A stretch of 64,000 nt of DNA from Eledone cirrhosa (GCA_964016885.1 OZ024757.1:25482001-25546000); one strand, 5' to 3'; shown: positions 34,711 to 51,731, counted from the stretch's first letter. The notes: generated from the sequence alone by a model not told the origin. A program made the numbers and translations.

Positions 34711-37039
34711 TTCTTGTGTCTCTGTATATTCATATGCATTACTACAGGTTTCAACCAGTGGCCTGGTCTGGGTGATGGTTTGGTTTGTTATGATGTATTT
34801 TTTTTCAGCGCCATAGAAAACTGATTGTATTTTGTTGAGTGTTTGAGAAAGTAAATATCACAGCATCCTATACACACACACACAGATACAAGCACACACA
34901 CAGGTATATATATACAATATTTACAGATACATATAGTCAGTAAAACCAATTAGAGTAAGAGATTATACATTCCTTTTACAAATGTATACACATGTTAACC
35001 CTTTAGCATTTAAATCGGCCATATCTGGCCACAATTCTCTCACCTCTTTCTGTTCAAACTGGCCATAACTGGCTGCTCATCCAACATTAACTCTTTAGCA
35101 AATGCTCTATATATACTATTGTATTTTCATGGTAAAGGCTTTATCTCACATAATATCAAATCTATGAGATTTTGATATTATTTATATTGAGAAAAATACC
35201 TTAACATTAATATGAGCAGCCAGTTATGGCCGGTTTGAATAGGAAGAGGTGGGAGAATTCTGGCCGCATATGGCCAGTTTAAATGCTAAAGGATTCAAGA
35301 GAGGAGTGAACATAAAATATAATGGATAATGGTAAACCTTTGTAATTATTATGGCTCTTAACGTCCAGCTCCATGCCAAGATTAACTTTGCATTCATCCT
35401 TCCAAAGTTGATGAAATAAAGTATTAGAAAAATATGGGGGGTGGAGGTGTGGGTTAATATAATCAACTAACTCCTTCCCATAACCCTTACTCTAAATAAA
35501 CTATTGTATTTTTGTGACAAATATCGAATCTACGTGATTTTGATGATGATATTATTTATTTTGAGAACAATACCTTAATGTCAGTATGAGTGGCCAGTTA
35601 TAGCCGGTATGAACAGAAAGAGGTGAGAGAATTCTGGCCAAACACGGTCGGTTTGAATGTTAAAAGGGTTAAATTATTATCTTTCTGTTAGAATTAGACA
35701 TCATTAAGGGTGATAGATTAGCAGAGTCTTCAGTGCAGTAGACAAATGCTTTTCAGTATTTGTTTTAGATCTTTATGTTCTGAGTTCACATCCCACCGAG
35801 GTTAATTTGCCTTTCATCCTTACGGGGTCAATAAAATAAAGAACCAGTAATGCACTGGCGTAATTGCTGGCCTTGTGCTAAAAGTAGAAACAATTATATA
35901 TGTATAAACATAATATCTTTTTTCCCATGATAGTATGGGTTAGACGAGTTATCCTGTTGTGAGCAATGGCAGGTCAGGTGACCATATCTTGCTCATACAG
36001 AACTGATTTTTGCTTGGTTTCTACAGCTGGATGCCCTTCCTAGTGCCAATCTCATTTATTGTGTGTACTGAGTGCTTTTTGTCATGATACCTATGCAGCC
36101 ACTTTACAATGTGGGCTGGGTGCTTTTTGTCATGACACCTACACGACCACAGTGTGGGCTGTGTGCTTTTTGTCATGACACCTACACGACCACACCCTCC
36201 TCACCAAGTACTCTGCTAAGAGTATTGCAATCGCTGTCAGATTATAGAGTTTGGTGCACTTTTAGGTTACGGCTAGCCACACGAACCTGTAACATATCCT
36301 GAACAAACAATGCCTGTGCTTTGAAGGTTGTTTTAAGTGGAGAAAGGCCTTACATACATAGTTTGGTATAATAAAATGTGTACATATGTACATTATAAAG
36401 TCTAATATTACTGAGTGCATATGTATGTGTATGTAAGCGCGTCCACTTGACTTGAATCATCGCCGGTTTCTTTTATTTGAAATAGTAAAAATGGCGGGTA
36501 AAACTGAACACCCGCGCGCGCGCGCTAATTCAAGGGAAATTACTCTAATTACTAAATTCAAGACAGTTATACTTATCTCCCTTGAATATCTTGCGCCTTG
36601 TTTTTAGTAACGTAGAGAAACCACAGCCAGCCGATTGTCACGCTCGGCGATGTCAGAAAAATAATTCGACATACGATAATGTCTTTGTTGTTGTTGCTGT
36701 TGCTGGACTTCCGTCGCTTTCGACGGCGAGTGCTCCAGTGGATCAAACAATGGAACAGCTTGCTCGTGAAATTAACGTGCAAGTGGCTGAACATTCCACA
36801 GACAAGTGTACCCTTAACGCAGTTACCATAGCGACACAAATGCAAACATGCCGTACACACACACATGCTCACATATAATGCTGTTGGACCTCCGTCGGTT
36901 CCGACGACGAGTGTTCCAGTGGATCGAACAGCTTCCTCGTGAAATTACCGTGGAAGGAGCTGAACATTCCACGGACACGTGCACCCTTAACGTAGTTCTC
37001 AGGGAGATTCAGCGTAACATGGTTCGTCCTATAAATTAA

Positions 37040-37470
37040 CATGGACGCTTTCATCCAAACAACAAAAGCACCTTGGTGGCACTTACACTCGCCTGCTTCA
37101 ACGCATTCAGAACATAAGCTGGTGACATCTGACTTTGAGAGAGATATATGCCAGCCTCCCACGCATATCTGTCGTTGTGCGTAAAAGGAGAGTAAGATTT
37201 GCTGGCCACTGCCATCGTGCCACCCATGAGACTGTCTCCATTAGTGCTTTGGACACCAGAAGCATTCACTAATAACAGCTCTCCCATCCGATTTGCTGGC
37301 CACTGTCATCGTGCCACCCATGACACTGTGTCTCCATTACTGCTTTGGAAAGCACAAACAGTCACTAATAACAGGACTTGGCAACAGCAATGAACGACAG
37401 ACCCACGTGGAGATCAATTGTTGAGTCCATTTCGGCTGAGGCCGCCGGATGAGGATGATGATGATGATGA
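37040..37470 (+). mobile_element. RTEX-type LINE 3' fragment with an internal ~95-bp tandem duplication
   Basis: GTYTRLLQRIQNISW*..IYASLPRISVVVRKRRVRFAGHCHRA..DLATAMNDRPTWRSIV, then a (GAT)n tail. Confidence 0.7.
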
Positions 37471-38161
37471 TAAATTAACAGGTACAACTCATTTTATAAA
37501 CTGAAGCAACGTGAAATAAAGTGTCTTGCTCAAGGACACAACGGCCTGGCAGGTATCGAGCTTACAACTTTACGATCATGAATCGAATACCCTAATCACT
37601 AAGTCACGTGTCTTCAAATGTCATTGACATACAAAATAGACACGATAGTCACGTTTGAAGCGTCTTTATTGAAAGTTCTTCTCAACCAGGACTGGCTGGG
37701 AGCAATGCAACGACAACAACAACAGCAATATTAACAAAGATTCTTTTCAAACAAATCGTCTTTTGTATTTCCTTTGTTTTCAACAGTTTCAGTTTATAGG
37801 ATGGGGCTATGTCCATAGCCTTCATAGATAGATAGATAAATGGTGGTGGCGGTGGCGGTGGTGGTGATGATGGTGGTATTGGTGATGGTGGTTGTTGATG
37901 ATGTTGCAGTTGTTGGTAGTGGTGGTGGTTAATGTTGTTGTTGGTGTTGTTATTGTTGTTGTTGGTGGTGGTAGTGGTGATGGTTGATGTTGTTGTTGGC
38001 AGTGGTGGTGGTGTATATATATATATATACACACCACCACCACTCTCTCTCTCTTTATATATATATATATATATAAAGAGAGAGAAAATGATAGAGGAGA
38101 TATATCAAGTAAAATCGAAACAAAAGGTAAAAAAACATCTAAAACAGTGACATATAAATAT

Positions 38162-38350
38162 AATTGTTTCTATTTTTGGCGCCAGGCCAGCAATTACCCA
38201 GTACATTACTGGTACTTCATTTTATCGACCCCGTAAGGATGAAAGGCAAAGTTAACCTCGACGGGATTTGAACTCTGACCGTAAAGGGACGTAAATATGC
38301 TAGAAAGCATGGCGTCCAACCCTCTACTGGTACTGCCAATTCACCGCCCT
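38162..38350 (-). mobile_element. SINE family 1 copy
   Basis: Same consensus; partial duplicate at 38358-38420. Confidence 0.7.
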
Positions 38351-38489
38351 ATAAATATAATTGTTTCTACTTTAGGCACAAGGCCAGCAATTACCCAGTA
38401 CATTACTGGTACCGCCCTATAAATATAATGAAATAAAAAAAGCGAAACTATAACAACAAGAAAAACAAAATATCAGCAGCAGAAGTATC

Positions 38490-38658
38490 AAACAACAACA
38501 ACAACAGCACCAACTGCAACACCACCACCAACAACAACATCACCAACTGCACCACCACCACCAACAACAACATCACCAACTACACCACCACCAACAACAA
38601 CAACAACAACAGCACCAACTGCACCATCATCACCAACAACAACAACAACACCAACTGC

Positions 38659-38689
<31 letters not shown>

Positions 38690-38697
38690 CCAACTGC

Positions 38698-38728
<31 letters not shown>

Positions 38729-38943
38729 CCAACTGCACCACCACCACCAACAACAACATCAACTACACCACCACCACCAACAACAACAACAGCACCAACT
38801 GCACCACCACCACCAACAACAACAACAACACCAACTGCACCACCACCACCAACAACAACAACACCAACTGCACCACCACCACCAACAACAACAACAGCAC
38901 CAACTGCAACACCACCACCAACAACAACAACAGCACCAACTGC

Positions 38944-38974
<31 letters not shown>

Positions 38975-39000
38975 CCAACTGCACCACCACCACCAACTGC

Positions 39001-39031
<31 letters not shown>

Positions 39032-40238
39032 CCAACTGCACCACCACCAACAACAACAACACCAACACCAACTGCACCACCACCACCAACAACACCAACT
39101 GCACCACCACCACCAACAACAACAACACCAACACCAACTGCACCACCACCACCAACAACACCAACTGCACCACCACCACCAACAACAACAACACCACCAA
39201 CTGCACCACCAACAACAACAACAACAACACCAACTGCACCACCAACAACAACAACAACACCAACTGCACCACCACCACCAACAACAACAACACCACCAAC
39301 TGCACCACCACCAACAACGACAACACCAACTGCACCACCACCACCAACAACAACAACAACACCAACTGCACCACTACCACCACCACCAACAACAACAACA
39401 ACACCAACTGCACCACCACCAACAACAACAACAACACCAACTGCACCACCACCAACAACAACAACAACAACACCAACTGCACCACCACCACCAACTGCAC
39501 CACCAACAACAACAACAACACCAACTGCACCACCACCACCAACTGCACCACCACCAGCACCAACAACAACACCAACTGCACCACCACCACCAACTGCACC
39601 ACCAACAACAACAACAACACCAACTGCACCACCACCAACAACAACAACAACACCAACTGCACCACCACCAACAACAACAACAACAACACCAACTGCACCA
39701 CCACCACCAACTGCACCACCAACAACAACAACAACACCAACTGCACCACCACCACCAACTGCACCACCACCAGCACCAACAACAACACCAACTGCACCAC
39801 CACCACCAACTGCACCACCAACAACAACAACAACACCAACTGCACCACCACCACCAACTGCACCACCACCACCACCACCAACAACAACACCAACTGCACC
39901 ACCACAACCACCACCAACAACAACAACAACACCAACTGCACCACCACCACCAACTGCACCACCAACAACAACAACAACACCAACTGCACCACCACCACCA
40001 ACTGCACCACCACCACCACCACCAACAACAACACCAACTGCACCACCACCACCAACTGCACCACCAACAACAACAACAACACCAACTGCACCACCACCAC
40101 CAACTGCACCACCACCAGCACCAACAACAACACCAACTGCACCACCACCACCAACTGCACCACCACCACCAGCACCAACAACAACAGCACCAACTGCACC
40201 ACCACAACCACCAACAACAACAACAACAACAACACCAA
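38490..40238. repeat. Compound (CAC)n/(CAA)n repeat punctuated by CACCAACTG
   Basis: Direct reading of the sequence. Confidence 0.95.
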
Positions 40239-40437
40239 CGTGAGAAAATAAAGCAAATGACTTTAGCTTTATTTTCTTCCTGAAATTCCATCGCCAAAGC
40301 TTGATACAAGATAGGTGAGGAGGTGGAGGAGGAGAGGGAAAGAGTAACAGTTATATATATTTTGTGTATATGTATATATATATAGTACACATATATATGT
40401 ATATGTGTATTATATATATATATATATATATATACAT

Positions 40438-40478
<41 letters not shown>

Positions 40479-40626
40479 GACATGTATATGTGTACTATAT
40501 ATATATATATATACATAGACATGTATATGTGTACTATATATATATATATATACATAGACATGTATACGTGTACTATATATATATACATATATATAAAACA
40601 CATATCATATATATGTATATGTGTAT

Positions 40627-40658
<32 letters not shown>

Positions 40659-40728
40659 AGGGTTCTAAACCCAATTATCAGGCTAAAATTTCTTTAGTAA
40701 AAAAAATACGGTAAAAGCTTCTATTTTC

Positions 40729-40798
<70 letters not shown>

Positions 40799-40809
40799 TA
40801 TATATATAT

Positions 40810-40872
<63 letters not shown>

Positions 40873-40966
40873 CATGTGTGCGTGTGTATATACATACACA
40901 CATAGATAGATATATGTACGTATGTATGTGTATGTATATAAATATATATATATATAGATAGATACA

Positions 40967-41560
40967 ATATATTAACAAATGGAAACTATATTTATAAAAC
41001 CATATTTATTTCATTATACATATTTCAAGGACACCAAGGCAAATTATGGTGCGCTTTCATCAGATAAAATATAATATAGATCAGTTTTATAAACAAATAT
41101 TGACATACCCTTAAAGAATGCGACCATGTCGGTTGGAAGCTCCCGGATAGTGGGGTTACTAATTTTATTATTGGTCTATTATGGAAATTAGTGTCGGCTT
41201 AATTTAAATGTACTGGGATTTAAACATCTCCGACACTAATTTGCATAATAGACCAATAATAAAATTAGTAACCCCACTATCCGGGAGCTTCCAACAGACA
41301 TGGTCGCATTCTTTAAGGGTATATCAATATTTGTTTATAAAACTGATCTATATTATATTTTATCTGATGAAAGCGCACCATAATTTGCTTTGGTGTCCTT
41401 GAAATATGTATAATGAAATAAATATGGTTTTATAAATATAGTTTCCATTTGTTAATATATCGTATTTTTACTCCAATAATTTGTTGAGTGCTTTATATCA
41501 GTTATAAAAATATTTGCTTGTTGTATCCCAACAAATTAAATATAACTTCTACATATATAG
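40967..41560. mobile_element. Penelope-like fold-back (arms ~40967-41197 and ~41230-41460, plus tail)
   Basis: Inverted arms of about 230 bp with few mismatches, flanked by (TA)-rich repeats; same family as 85-480. Confidence 0.7.
41356..41420 (+). ncRNA. Hammerhead ribozyme motif (family A); mirror copy at 41007-41071 on minus
   Basis: TATTTTAT-CTGATGA-AAG C GCACCA..TGGTGT C CTT-GAAA-TATGTA-TA/ATGAAATA. Confidence 0.78.
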
Positions 41561-42597
41561 ATAGATATATAGATATTTATACACAGACACACATATGTGT
41601 GCGTATATATAAGGGCGGTGCCCCAGCATGGCCTCAGCCGGATGGCTAGAACAGGTAAAAGAGTAAAAGAGTCTATATATATACAGAGACAGGCGGGTGT
41701 AGAAACCTTACAATTTCAATTCCAACAATGGAGGATTAATGAAGGTAATGATGGTAATTTCAGAAAATACTTCCACTCCATCAAGTGAAGTTCCTTTACT
41801 TCTTACATCTCTACCACCACACCACCACCGCCACCGCCGCCACTACCACCATCACCGTCACCACCACCACCACCGTCAACACCACCACCACCGTCATCAC
41901 CCACCACCACCATTACCACCACCATTACCACCACCACCACCGTCAACACCGCCATCACCCACCGTCACCACCACCATTACCACCACCACCACCGTCAACA
42001 CCGCCATCACCCACCACCACCATCACCGTCACCACCACCATTACCACCACCACCACCACCATCACCGTCACCACCACCACCATTACCACCACCACCACCG
42101 TCAACACCGCCATTACCACCACCACCGTCACCACCACCATTACCACCACCACCATCACCACCACCACCACCATCACCGTCACCACCACCATTACCACCAC
42201 CACCGTCACCACCACCGTCACCACCACCACCATTACCACCACCACCACCGTCAACACCACCATCACCACCTGTCAGTCTACTTATCTATCTGTCTATCCG
42301 TCTGTCTCTGCATGTTTATCTGTCTGTCTGTCTGTCTGTCTGCCTGTGTGTCTATCTGTCTGTCTGTTTGTCTGAGTGTCTGTCTATCTGTCAGCCACTG
42401 TCAGTGGACAATGCCAAGTGACGGTATGTTCCGTCCTTGACATTTTCAACGAAACACAGAGAACACGTCACAACTTCCATTACCGTCACCACCTCCACCA
42501 CCACCACCACCATTACAACCACGATGACAACGTATGTATGTATGTATGTATGTATGTATACAAGCTATATGTATGTGTATGTATAAGTATATATATA

Positions 42598-42681
<84 letters not shown>

Positions 42682-42893
42682 AGTGAATTACTGGTACTTT
42701 ATTTTATGGATCCCCGTAAGGATGAAAGGCAAAGCTAAACTCGGCGGGATTTGAACTCAGAACGTAAAGAGCCATTACTCGCTGCCGCTAAGCAGGGTGT
42801 CCGACGCTCTACCGTTTCCTACCATTCCACCATCCTCCCATTTGCTTATGACAGTGAGAGATGGGGGAGAGCAAGAGAGAGGGAGGCAGTGAG

Positions 42894-42928
<35 letters not shown>

Positions 42929-43169
42929 ATCAATTCACACGCAAGATAAGATAACGATGCATATTATTGTTATTTAGAGGAGGGATTAATAACGAGAGAG
43001 GGAAGGGAGGGGAGATAAATCGATGGAATTGCTGGTGAGTAGGGGGAGGAGTGAGGTGAAGAGATGTGAGGAACGTCCAGCTAGTGTGATGTAAAGAAGG
43101 GAGGGAGGTGGATCAGTTGTTAGATGTGTGCGTTTGGTTGGATAGGACAGGCTAGATTTGTGGATGTGT

Positions 43170-45320
<2,151 letters not shown>

Positions 45321-45745
45321 AGGATGACAGGACTTATCGACGTACGAGAGATGTGAAACCAGTGTCCAGATTGCTGGAACAAACACTGAGACTCTAGCAC
45401 ATAAAAACACATAAAAACACATAAAAACACAACACACAACAAAACAAACGAATTAAAATAGTTCCTCCATGTTGGACCGTCAATCAAAGAAGACCGCCTT
45501 AAACCAGTTGGCGGCCATTCCCTCACTAACGGGATTTAACTACAAAGCTACCAATGTGCCCATTCCTCCAGTCTCTACTCTCCTTAGTTACCAGAACCAC
45601 CTCCGAACCACCTTCTATTCCATTGAAACCCTTCCATATTGATACAGTTATAACATTTTATGTCTATACTCAATCAAATTTTATTTAATAACCTTGCCCT
45701 TCTCTCCTTTCCCTCCACCACGCCGCTCCGCCATTAAGGAAAATA

Positions 45746-45786
<41 letters not shown>

Positions 45787-45830
45787 AAGTTAAATAAAAG
45801 TCAAATGATTAAAATTTAGCTTCGTTTATT

Positions 45831-45885
45831 ACTGCTATATATATTTCAGTGACAGCCATCTTTGGCTGTGACCTCTTCAGGCAGT
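45831..45885 (-). ncRNA. Hammerhead ribozyme motif (family A-like)
   Basis: ACTGC-CTGAAGA-GGT C ACAGCCA aaga TGGCTGT C ACT-GAAA-TATATA-TA/GCAGT; all helices pair. Confidence 0.8.
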
Positions 45886-46093
45886 TTGAATTAGTATGGT
45901 ATAGACAAGTACATATGTTATTTAGGTGTATGATATTGTCAATACTCTGATATGCCCAGTTCCTTGTTGGGTTGTTAATTCACTGGGGAACTGGAGTCAT
46001 AGAGTCCGGAGTAACCAAACCAACCTGCGCACTTCGTCGAGTGCTCCAGCCTGCATACTGAGGTGTTGGTATACAACCAACATAAACTCAAAA

Positions 46094-46141
<48 letters not shown>

Positions 46142-46241
46142 ATTGAAGTTTCCGTTGAAAATTGAAAAAGTCAAAGGAGTGAAGAGTGCTCTATGTAAGT
46201 ACCAGAGAAAAAATTAATGTATAATAAACAATACAATATAA

Positions 46242-46315
46242 TTACCTCATTACCAGAGGTTTCCCGAATAAGACGAATACGAAAAAGGTCCTCATTCGTT
46301 CGTCGGACAAGGCAA
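46242..46315 (-). ncRNA. Hammerhead ribozyme motif, U4C variant
   Basis: TTGCCTTGT-CCGACGA-A-CGAATGAGG..TCTTATTCG-G-GAAA-CCTCTGG-TA/ATGAGGTAA; 9-bp stem I including G.U pairs. Confidence 0.62.
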
Positions 46316-49300
46316 TTTAAAACATAGTGAAATATTTGGAAAGTCTCCTCAAGAAAGGCAAGAGTTTAACGGGCAAAAAATATATAAATAAAAGTAATGT
46401 AAGAGATATATAAAAAAATAAGGAAATATAGTTAGGGTATGTGTATAAGTATGTATATACACTCACAAATGTACATATGTGTGTATGTAGAAATGCATGT
46501 GTATGGTGAAAATGTGTGCGTCAGTACATATATGAGGGCAAGTATATTTGTGTATATGTGACCACAAATACGTATATAATATGAGTTGAAAAAGAAATTG
46601 TAAGATAATATAGTTAACACGCATCCAGATACAGGTATTAAATACACATACGAGTATGAAAGCACGCATATAAACACACACACACGCGCGGACACTTATA
46701 TGCGGAAGATAAAGAGGGAAAGGAGTGTAATAGTAAAAAGAAGTGTCATTTTCGATATATGTATAAAAATGAAACAATATATAAGAATGAAAATTTTTTT
46801 ATATATATATAAATAAGCGTAAAAGAAAGGATTATTAATTTTGGTGTAGGTTAACTTTCAACTTTAAAAAAAAAAAAAAAAATAGAATTAAATGAAATAA
46901 AATAAAATAGAATAAATTAAAATTTAAAGAAAAAAAAATTAGAATAAATTTAAAAAAAAACAGCTGAAATATGACATTTTACTTGAAACAGAATGTGCCA
47001 GAAAGAAATGAGTCAAATGAAAAAAAAAAAAAAAAAAAAAAGAATTATTAAAAAGAAAAACAAACAAAAAATTCCCATAAACAAAACAAAAAAAAATCTG
47101 AAAATCAAAACAAAAAAAAAAAATGTTTTAAACCAAAAAAGCAACAACTTAATATAGTCGTGGCGTCATCATTAGGACATCTTATCAAAATCTGAAGTCT
47201 TTTTGTCACAGATTTTTCAACGGGAGTGATTTGCAAATTTCATTTTTTTCCCCTTGTTATTTTTTGTTTGTTTGGTTTGTTGGGTTTTTAAAGAAATTGG
47301 TTCACTCTTTTATTAAATATAATTTAAAATTTCCAAGGATTTTAGCTGTTAGCTGATGAAGGTCTTTTATTTATTTTTTAATTTTTTTAATTTTTAGTCA
47401 ATTGTCCTCTAACATAGAATTTGATCTCAGTGGCAAGATTTTAAATATTTTCAGCCCTCGAACTAATCTTCAATCTCATTATTATTCATTTAGCTCAATG
47501 CCCAGGGAGAATTATCTGTTGGTGTGACGTAATCTTTATTAAAAACAAAACATAAAGAATAAACTTTTACCATATAAATGAAAATTTGAACATTTAATTT
47601 AGATTGAGAAGAAAGAATGGAATGTAAAATAGGAAAGTATAAAGAAAAGATGGAAAAAACGGGAAAAGGAGGGAATGGCAAGGACTCTAGTGTCAGGGGA
47701 GGGGGAAGGGGAGGATGATTGTGCTCTGGGCCTAGGGCACAGCGGTAAAGGGGCTGCGCCCAGCGGACAAAATTATACGCCGTCAGATTAGAAGGGAACA
47801 TTTTTGACATTCAGTAACGTTCTAATGTATGTCATTATTGTAACACAGAGTTATGGCCCTTTACGTTCTGAGTTCAAATCCTGCCGAGGTTAACTTTGCC
47901 TTTTATCCTTGCGAGGTAGATAAAATAAAGTACCAGTAATGCACTGGGGTAATTGCTGGCCTTGTGCTAAACTAGGTGGTCACAATAGCGTATTTGACCT
48001 TTGAATTGGTTCCTGCGGACAATGGCCAACGACACCCGCTGCAACAGCCACCCACACCTCCCGTGGCTCCTTCCTCAGGCGGGCCACCGACGTGACCAAT
48101 ACGAAGAGGAAGTGGTCGGACAATCACTGGTATTTGTTTATCTTCCTTTCCTCTGCAAGGTGGGCCGAGTTACCGGGGTTTGTGGCCGAAGCGACTAAGT
48201 TGGAGGCAGTGAATGAGGAAATAGGTATAGCTTTCATTCGGTAGATGGTCGGACGCCATGCTTTGTAGCATAGAGTTACGGCCCTTTATGATCTGAGTTC
48301 AAATCCCGCCGTGGTTAACTTAGCCTTTCATCCTTACGGGGTAGAAACAGTTATGTATTTGGTCGTCAATTATGAAATTTGTAGTGAGGCATATGGTCAT
48401 ATGTTTTTTTTCTACAAATTTCATACTTTACGACCCAATAAAATCTTCCCATTTTGCCTCATTTCTCCCCGCTTGGGGCCCTTTTTTTCATGGTACTCCC
48501 CATTTTGGGTCCCTTTTTTAAATGGTACTCCCCGTTTGGATTTTTAGATGTTGACAGTTCTGTCTATGGCACAACTATAGAACCTTCCTGATCCTTTGTT
48601 TGGTAAATATTCTTTGGTTGGATGTCCTATCTATCACTAACTACTTTTACAGAGTGTACTGGGTGCACCTAATGTCTCGTTAATATATTTCCATTATATC
48701 CAATCTCGGTTTTTCCACTCTTTCAGACAAAAATGGTGATGCCTAGAAGAGATATTTTAACTAATTTCTACCATAGCTTTTTCATTTATCTCTTTAACTA
48801 TCTAGCATTTCACAGAACAGACAAGCATACATTTTCACTGTTTCCTCACCACAATTATTCACCCCCTTCCCCTCCTCCCCACCACCCCTCCCGACCCCTC
48901 CCATGCTCCACCATTCCTCTCATTTAACTCTCAGACACTTAAGTAATGTTCATGTTAAACATTTTAATATCATTCCACTCACACGTTTTCAGTTTCGTTC
49001 TTAGATAAATGGAAGCTACGTTGTTAAACAAATTATATCTGGCACACAGTTTTTCTATATTTCACTGAACTTCATAGATTCCGTCAAGAAATAGTAAACC
49101 TTTTAGTTATTCGTTATTTACTTTAATTCCGTGGACACGAGCTATGAGTTATGACTTGGAGGGAAAATAATATTTCCGGCTTGTCTTGTTTTTCTTTCCT
49201 CTCATTTGATACACGAACAATTATTCATAAAAACGTTTGCTCTAGAAATCGTATCACACATATTGATTGAAAGCGGCTAATGTTTTGAGAAGACGAATAA

Positions 49301-50496
49301 AATAGCGTCAGTATAGTTTTCTACACTTAGCCATTTCCAGCTATGATTGATGGACGCTCGTTACTAACGCAACTAATCGCAGTGGTGTGTGGAGATTGTT
49401 CTAGAGGCGGTAAAAATTCTCGGAAGGTTGAAAAGTAACAACAGAACAAGGATTTATCATCACCGTCGTTTTTACAAGTCTGATATGCAGAGCATCAAAG
49501 TGTTAAATAACCGACTGATTTAGTCGGCAATGATCTATATGAATGTCTTTCTTCTATCGTCTGCAACAATGAATCAACTTGTAGTTATAAAGTCAGACGA
49601 GATGCTCGAACGTAACAATGATAGGGTCAGACATAATTTAACTTTTGACGGTTTCAGTGAAATTAATAAGAATTAAAAATGGAAACCCAATTCGATGCAT
49701 TAGAAATAGATGTTAATCTTGTTGTAATAGCAAAGTAGCAGAGTTAAGTTCATATGATGGTCCTCTTAGATCAAAGGTTCTCAACCCATTTTGGTCAAAC
49801 GCCCCCTTTTGCCCCTCGAAATCACGAAACGCCCCCCTACCCTATTTTTCCATTTTTCAATATACTACTGATTTTGATATCAGTAGATTACTGGGCCAAA
49901 TCAAGTTATCTTAGATTCTTTAAAAAATACTCGTACGAATTAAATACAAAAAAGTTTCAGTCCAAAACAAAAGCAAGCTATTTCAAATTATATATTTTTG
50001 AAATAAAAAAAAACATTTGATCTCAGTCGAAAAATCTTTTTTTTTTTTAAATTCTATATTTCACTGTTAGCTGTTGTAATATTTTGAGTGGATAGACAAT
50101 TGAAACTGCAAAGTCAAAAATACAAAAGATGCAAAATATGAACAAATTCTTACCTTTCTCTGAAATCACAAACTCAGGAGAAAAATAGTACCTTGCAAAA
50201 TAATATACCTCGTAGCAAAATAAGTAGTAAGGAATGAATTGAGAAGCTTGGTGACTGAGAAAGCAATATTTTTATCCCTTATATATAAACATAGATACAC
50301 ACACACACACACACACACACAAATGAAGAGAGAAAGAAGGAGGGACAGAGAGGGTAAGAAATGTGTGTGTTTGGTACACGTCTATCTATCTATCTATTTA
50401 TCTCCAATAGGGGGCTCACACATGCGGCTCGCGAACTACTTATCTGTGGCCCGTGGTAGAACCAATATTTCATATCGCATTCTAACTGGTGAAAAT

Positions 50497-50712
50497 AAGG
50501 CGGCGGGCTGGTGGAATCGTTAGCACATCTGGCGAAATGCTTAACGGTACTTCTTCCGTTTTTACGTTCTGAGTTCAAATTCCGCCGATCTCAAGTTTGC
50601 CTTACATCCTTTTAGGGTCGATGAATTAAGTACCAGTTGTGTACTAGGATCGATGCAATCGACTGAACCCTAAACTCCAAATTTCATGCCTTGTTCCTAT
50701 AGTAGAAATGAT
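50497..50712 (+). mobile_element. SINE family 1 copy nested in the hAT element
   Basis: GGCGGCGGGCTGGTGGAATCGTTAG head and GTTCAAATTCC B-box. Confidence 0.7.
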
Positions 50713-51091
50713 TATAACTGGTGAAAATGTTCACCCACCACCACGTTTGGCCCTCTGTGCCTCTCCTCCAGGACGTAATAGCCCTTTTGTGTCCTTGAGT
50801 TTGAGACCCCTCTTCTACCCACACACACATATATATTTTACTTTTTTTCTGTCTCTGGACTACGCCCATGCTGGAGCATCACCTTGGTGAGTTATGGGGA
50901 CGTCAACAAACCAATAAGCATTGGTGGGAGAGCAAACACAAACGCAAAGACACACACAGACATATATACATATATACGACGGGCTTCTTTCAGTTTCGAT
51001 CTATCAAATCCACTCACAGGGCTTTGGTCGGCTCGGGCAGTGCGACTGAACCCTGGAAATATGTGGTTGGGAAACAAGCTTCTTGTCACAC

Positions 51092-51155
<64 letters not shown>

Positions 51156-51204
51156 TTTATACATTTGTATATATATACATGCATTTATATTTAAGTGTGT
51201 AACG

Positions 51205-51270
<66 letters not shown>

Positions 51271-51304
51271 GTGTGTGTGTGAGTGTGTATAATATATATA
51301 TTAT

Positions 51305-51376
<72 letters not shown>

Positions 51377-51529
51377 CGTTACACACTTAAATATAAATGC
51401 ATGTATATATATACAAATGTATGTATGTATGTAGATTTATATGTATATATATATATATGTGTGTAAATGAAGTAATTCCGTTGGAAAGGTCCAGGAAAAA
51501 AGAGTGCTCTGTGTAGGTTACAGAGCTTA

Positions 51530-51582
51530 TTAGTTCTGATGACTGAAAGCAAATTTTGTTTGCTTTCAAGAAACCACTGGTA
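51530..51582 (+). ncRNA. Hammerhead motif truncated at its cleavage site
   Basis: CTGATGA-C-TGAAAGCAAA ttttg TTTGCTTTCA-A-GAAA-CCACTGG-TA, followed directly by (TA)n. Confidence 0.6.
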
Positions 51583-51671
51583 TATATATATAAATATGTA
51601 TGTAGATTTATATATATATATATATGTATGTATGTATGTATGGATATTTATATATATATATATGTATTTAG

Positions 51672-51731
<60 letters not shown>

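Noticed and set aside
38763-40603. Long Val/Leu and Cys/Trp ORFs
   Set aside because: Trinucleotide-repeat artefacts.
45323-45397. Exon-like [24 protein letters not shown]-stop after a (TG)n-AG
   Set aside because: No partner exons or recognisable homology.
50497-50590. tRNA genes suggested by A/B boxes
   Set aside because: These are SINE heads continuing into SINE bodies, with no complete cloverleaf.
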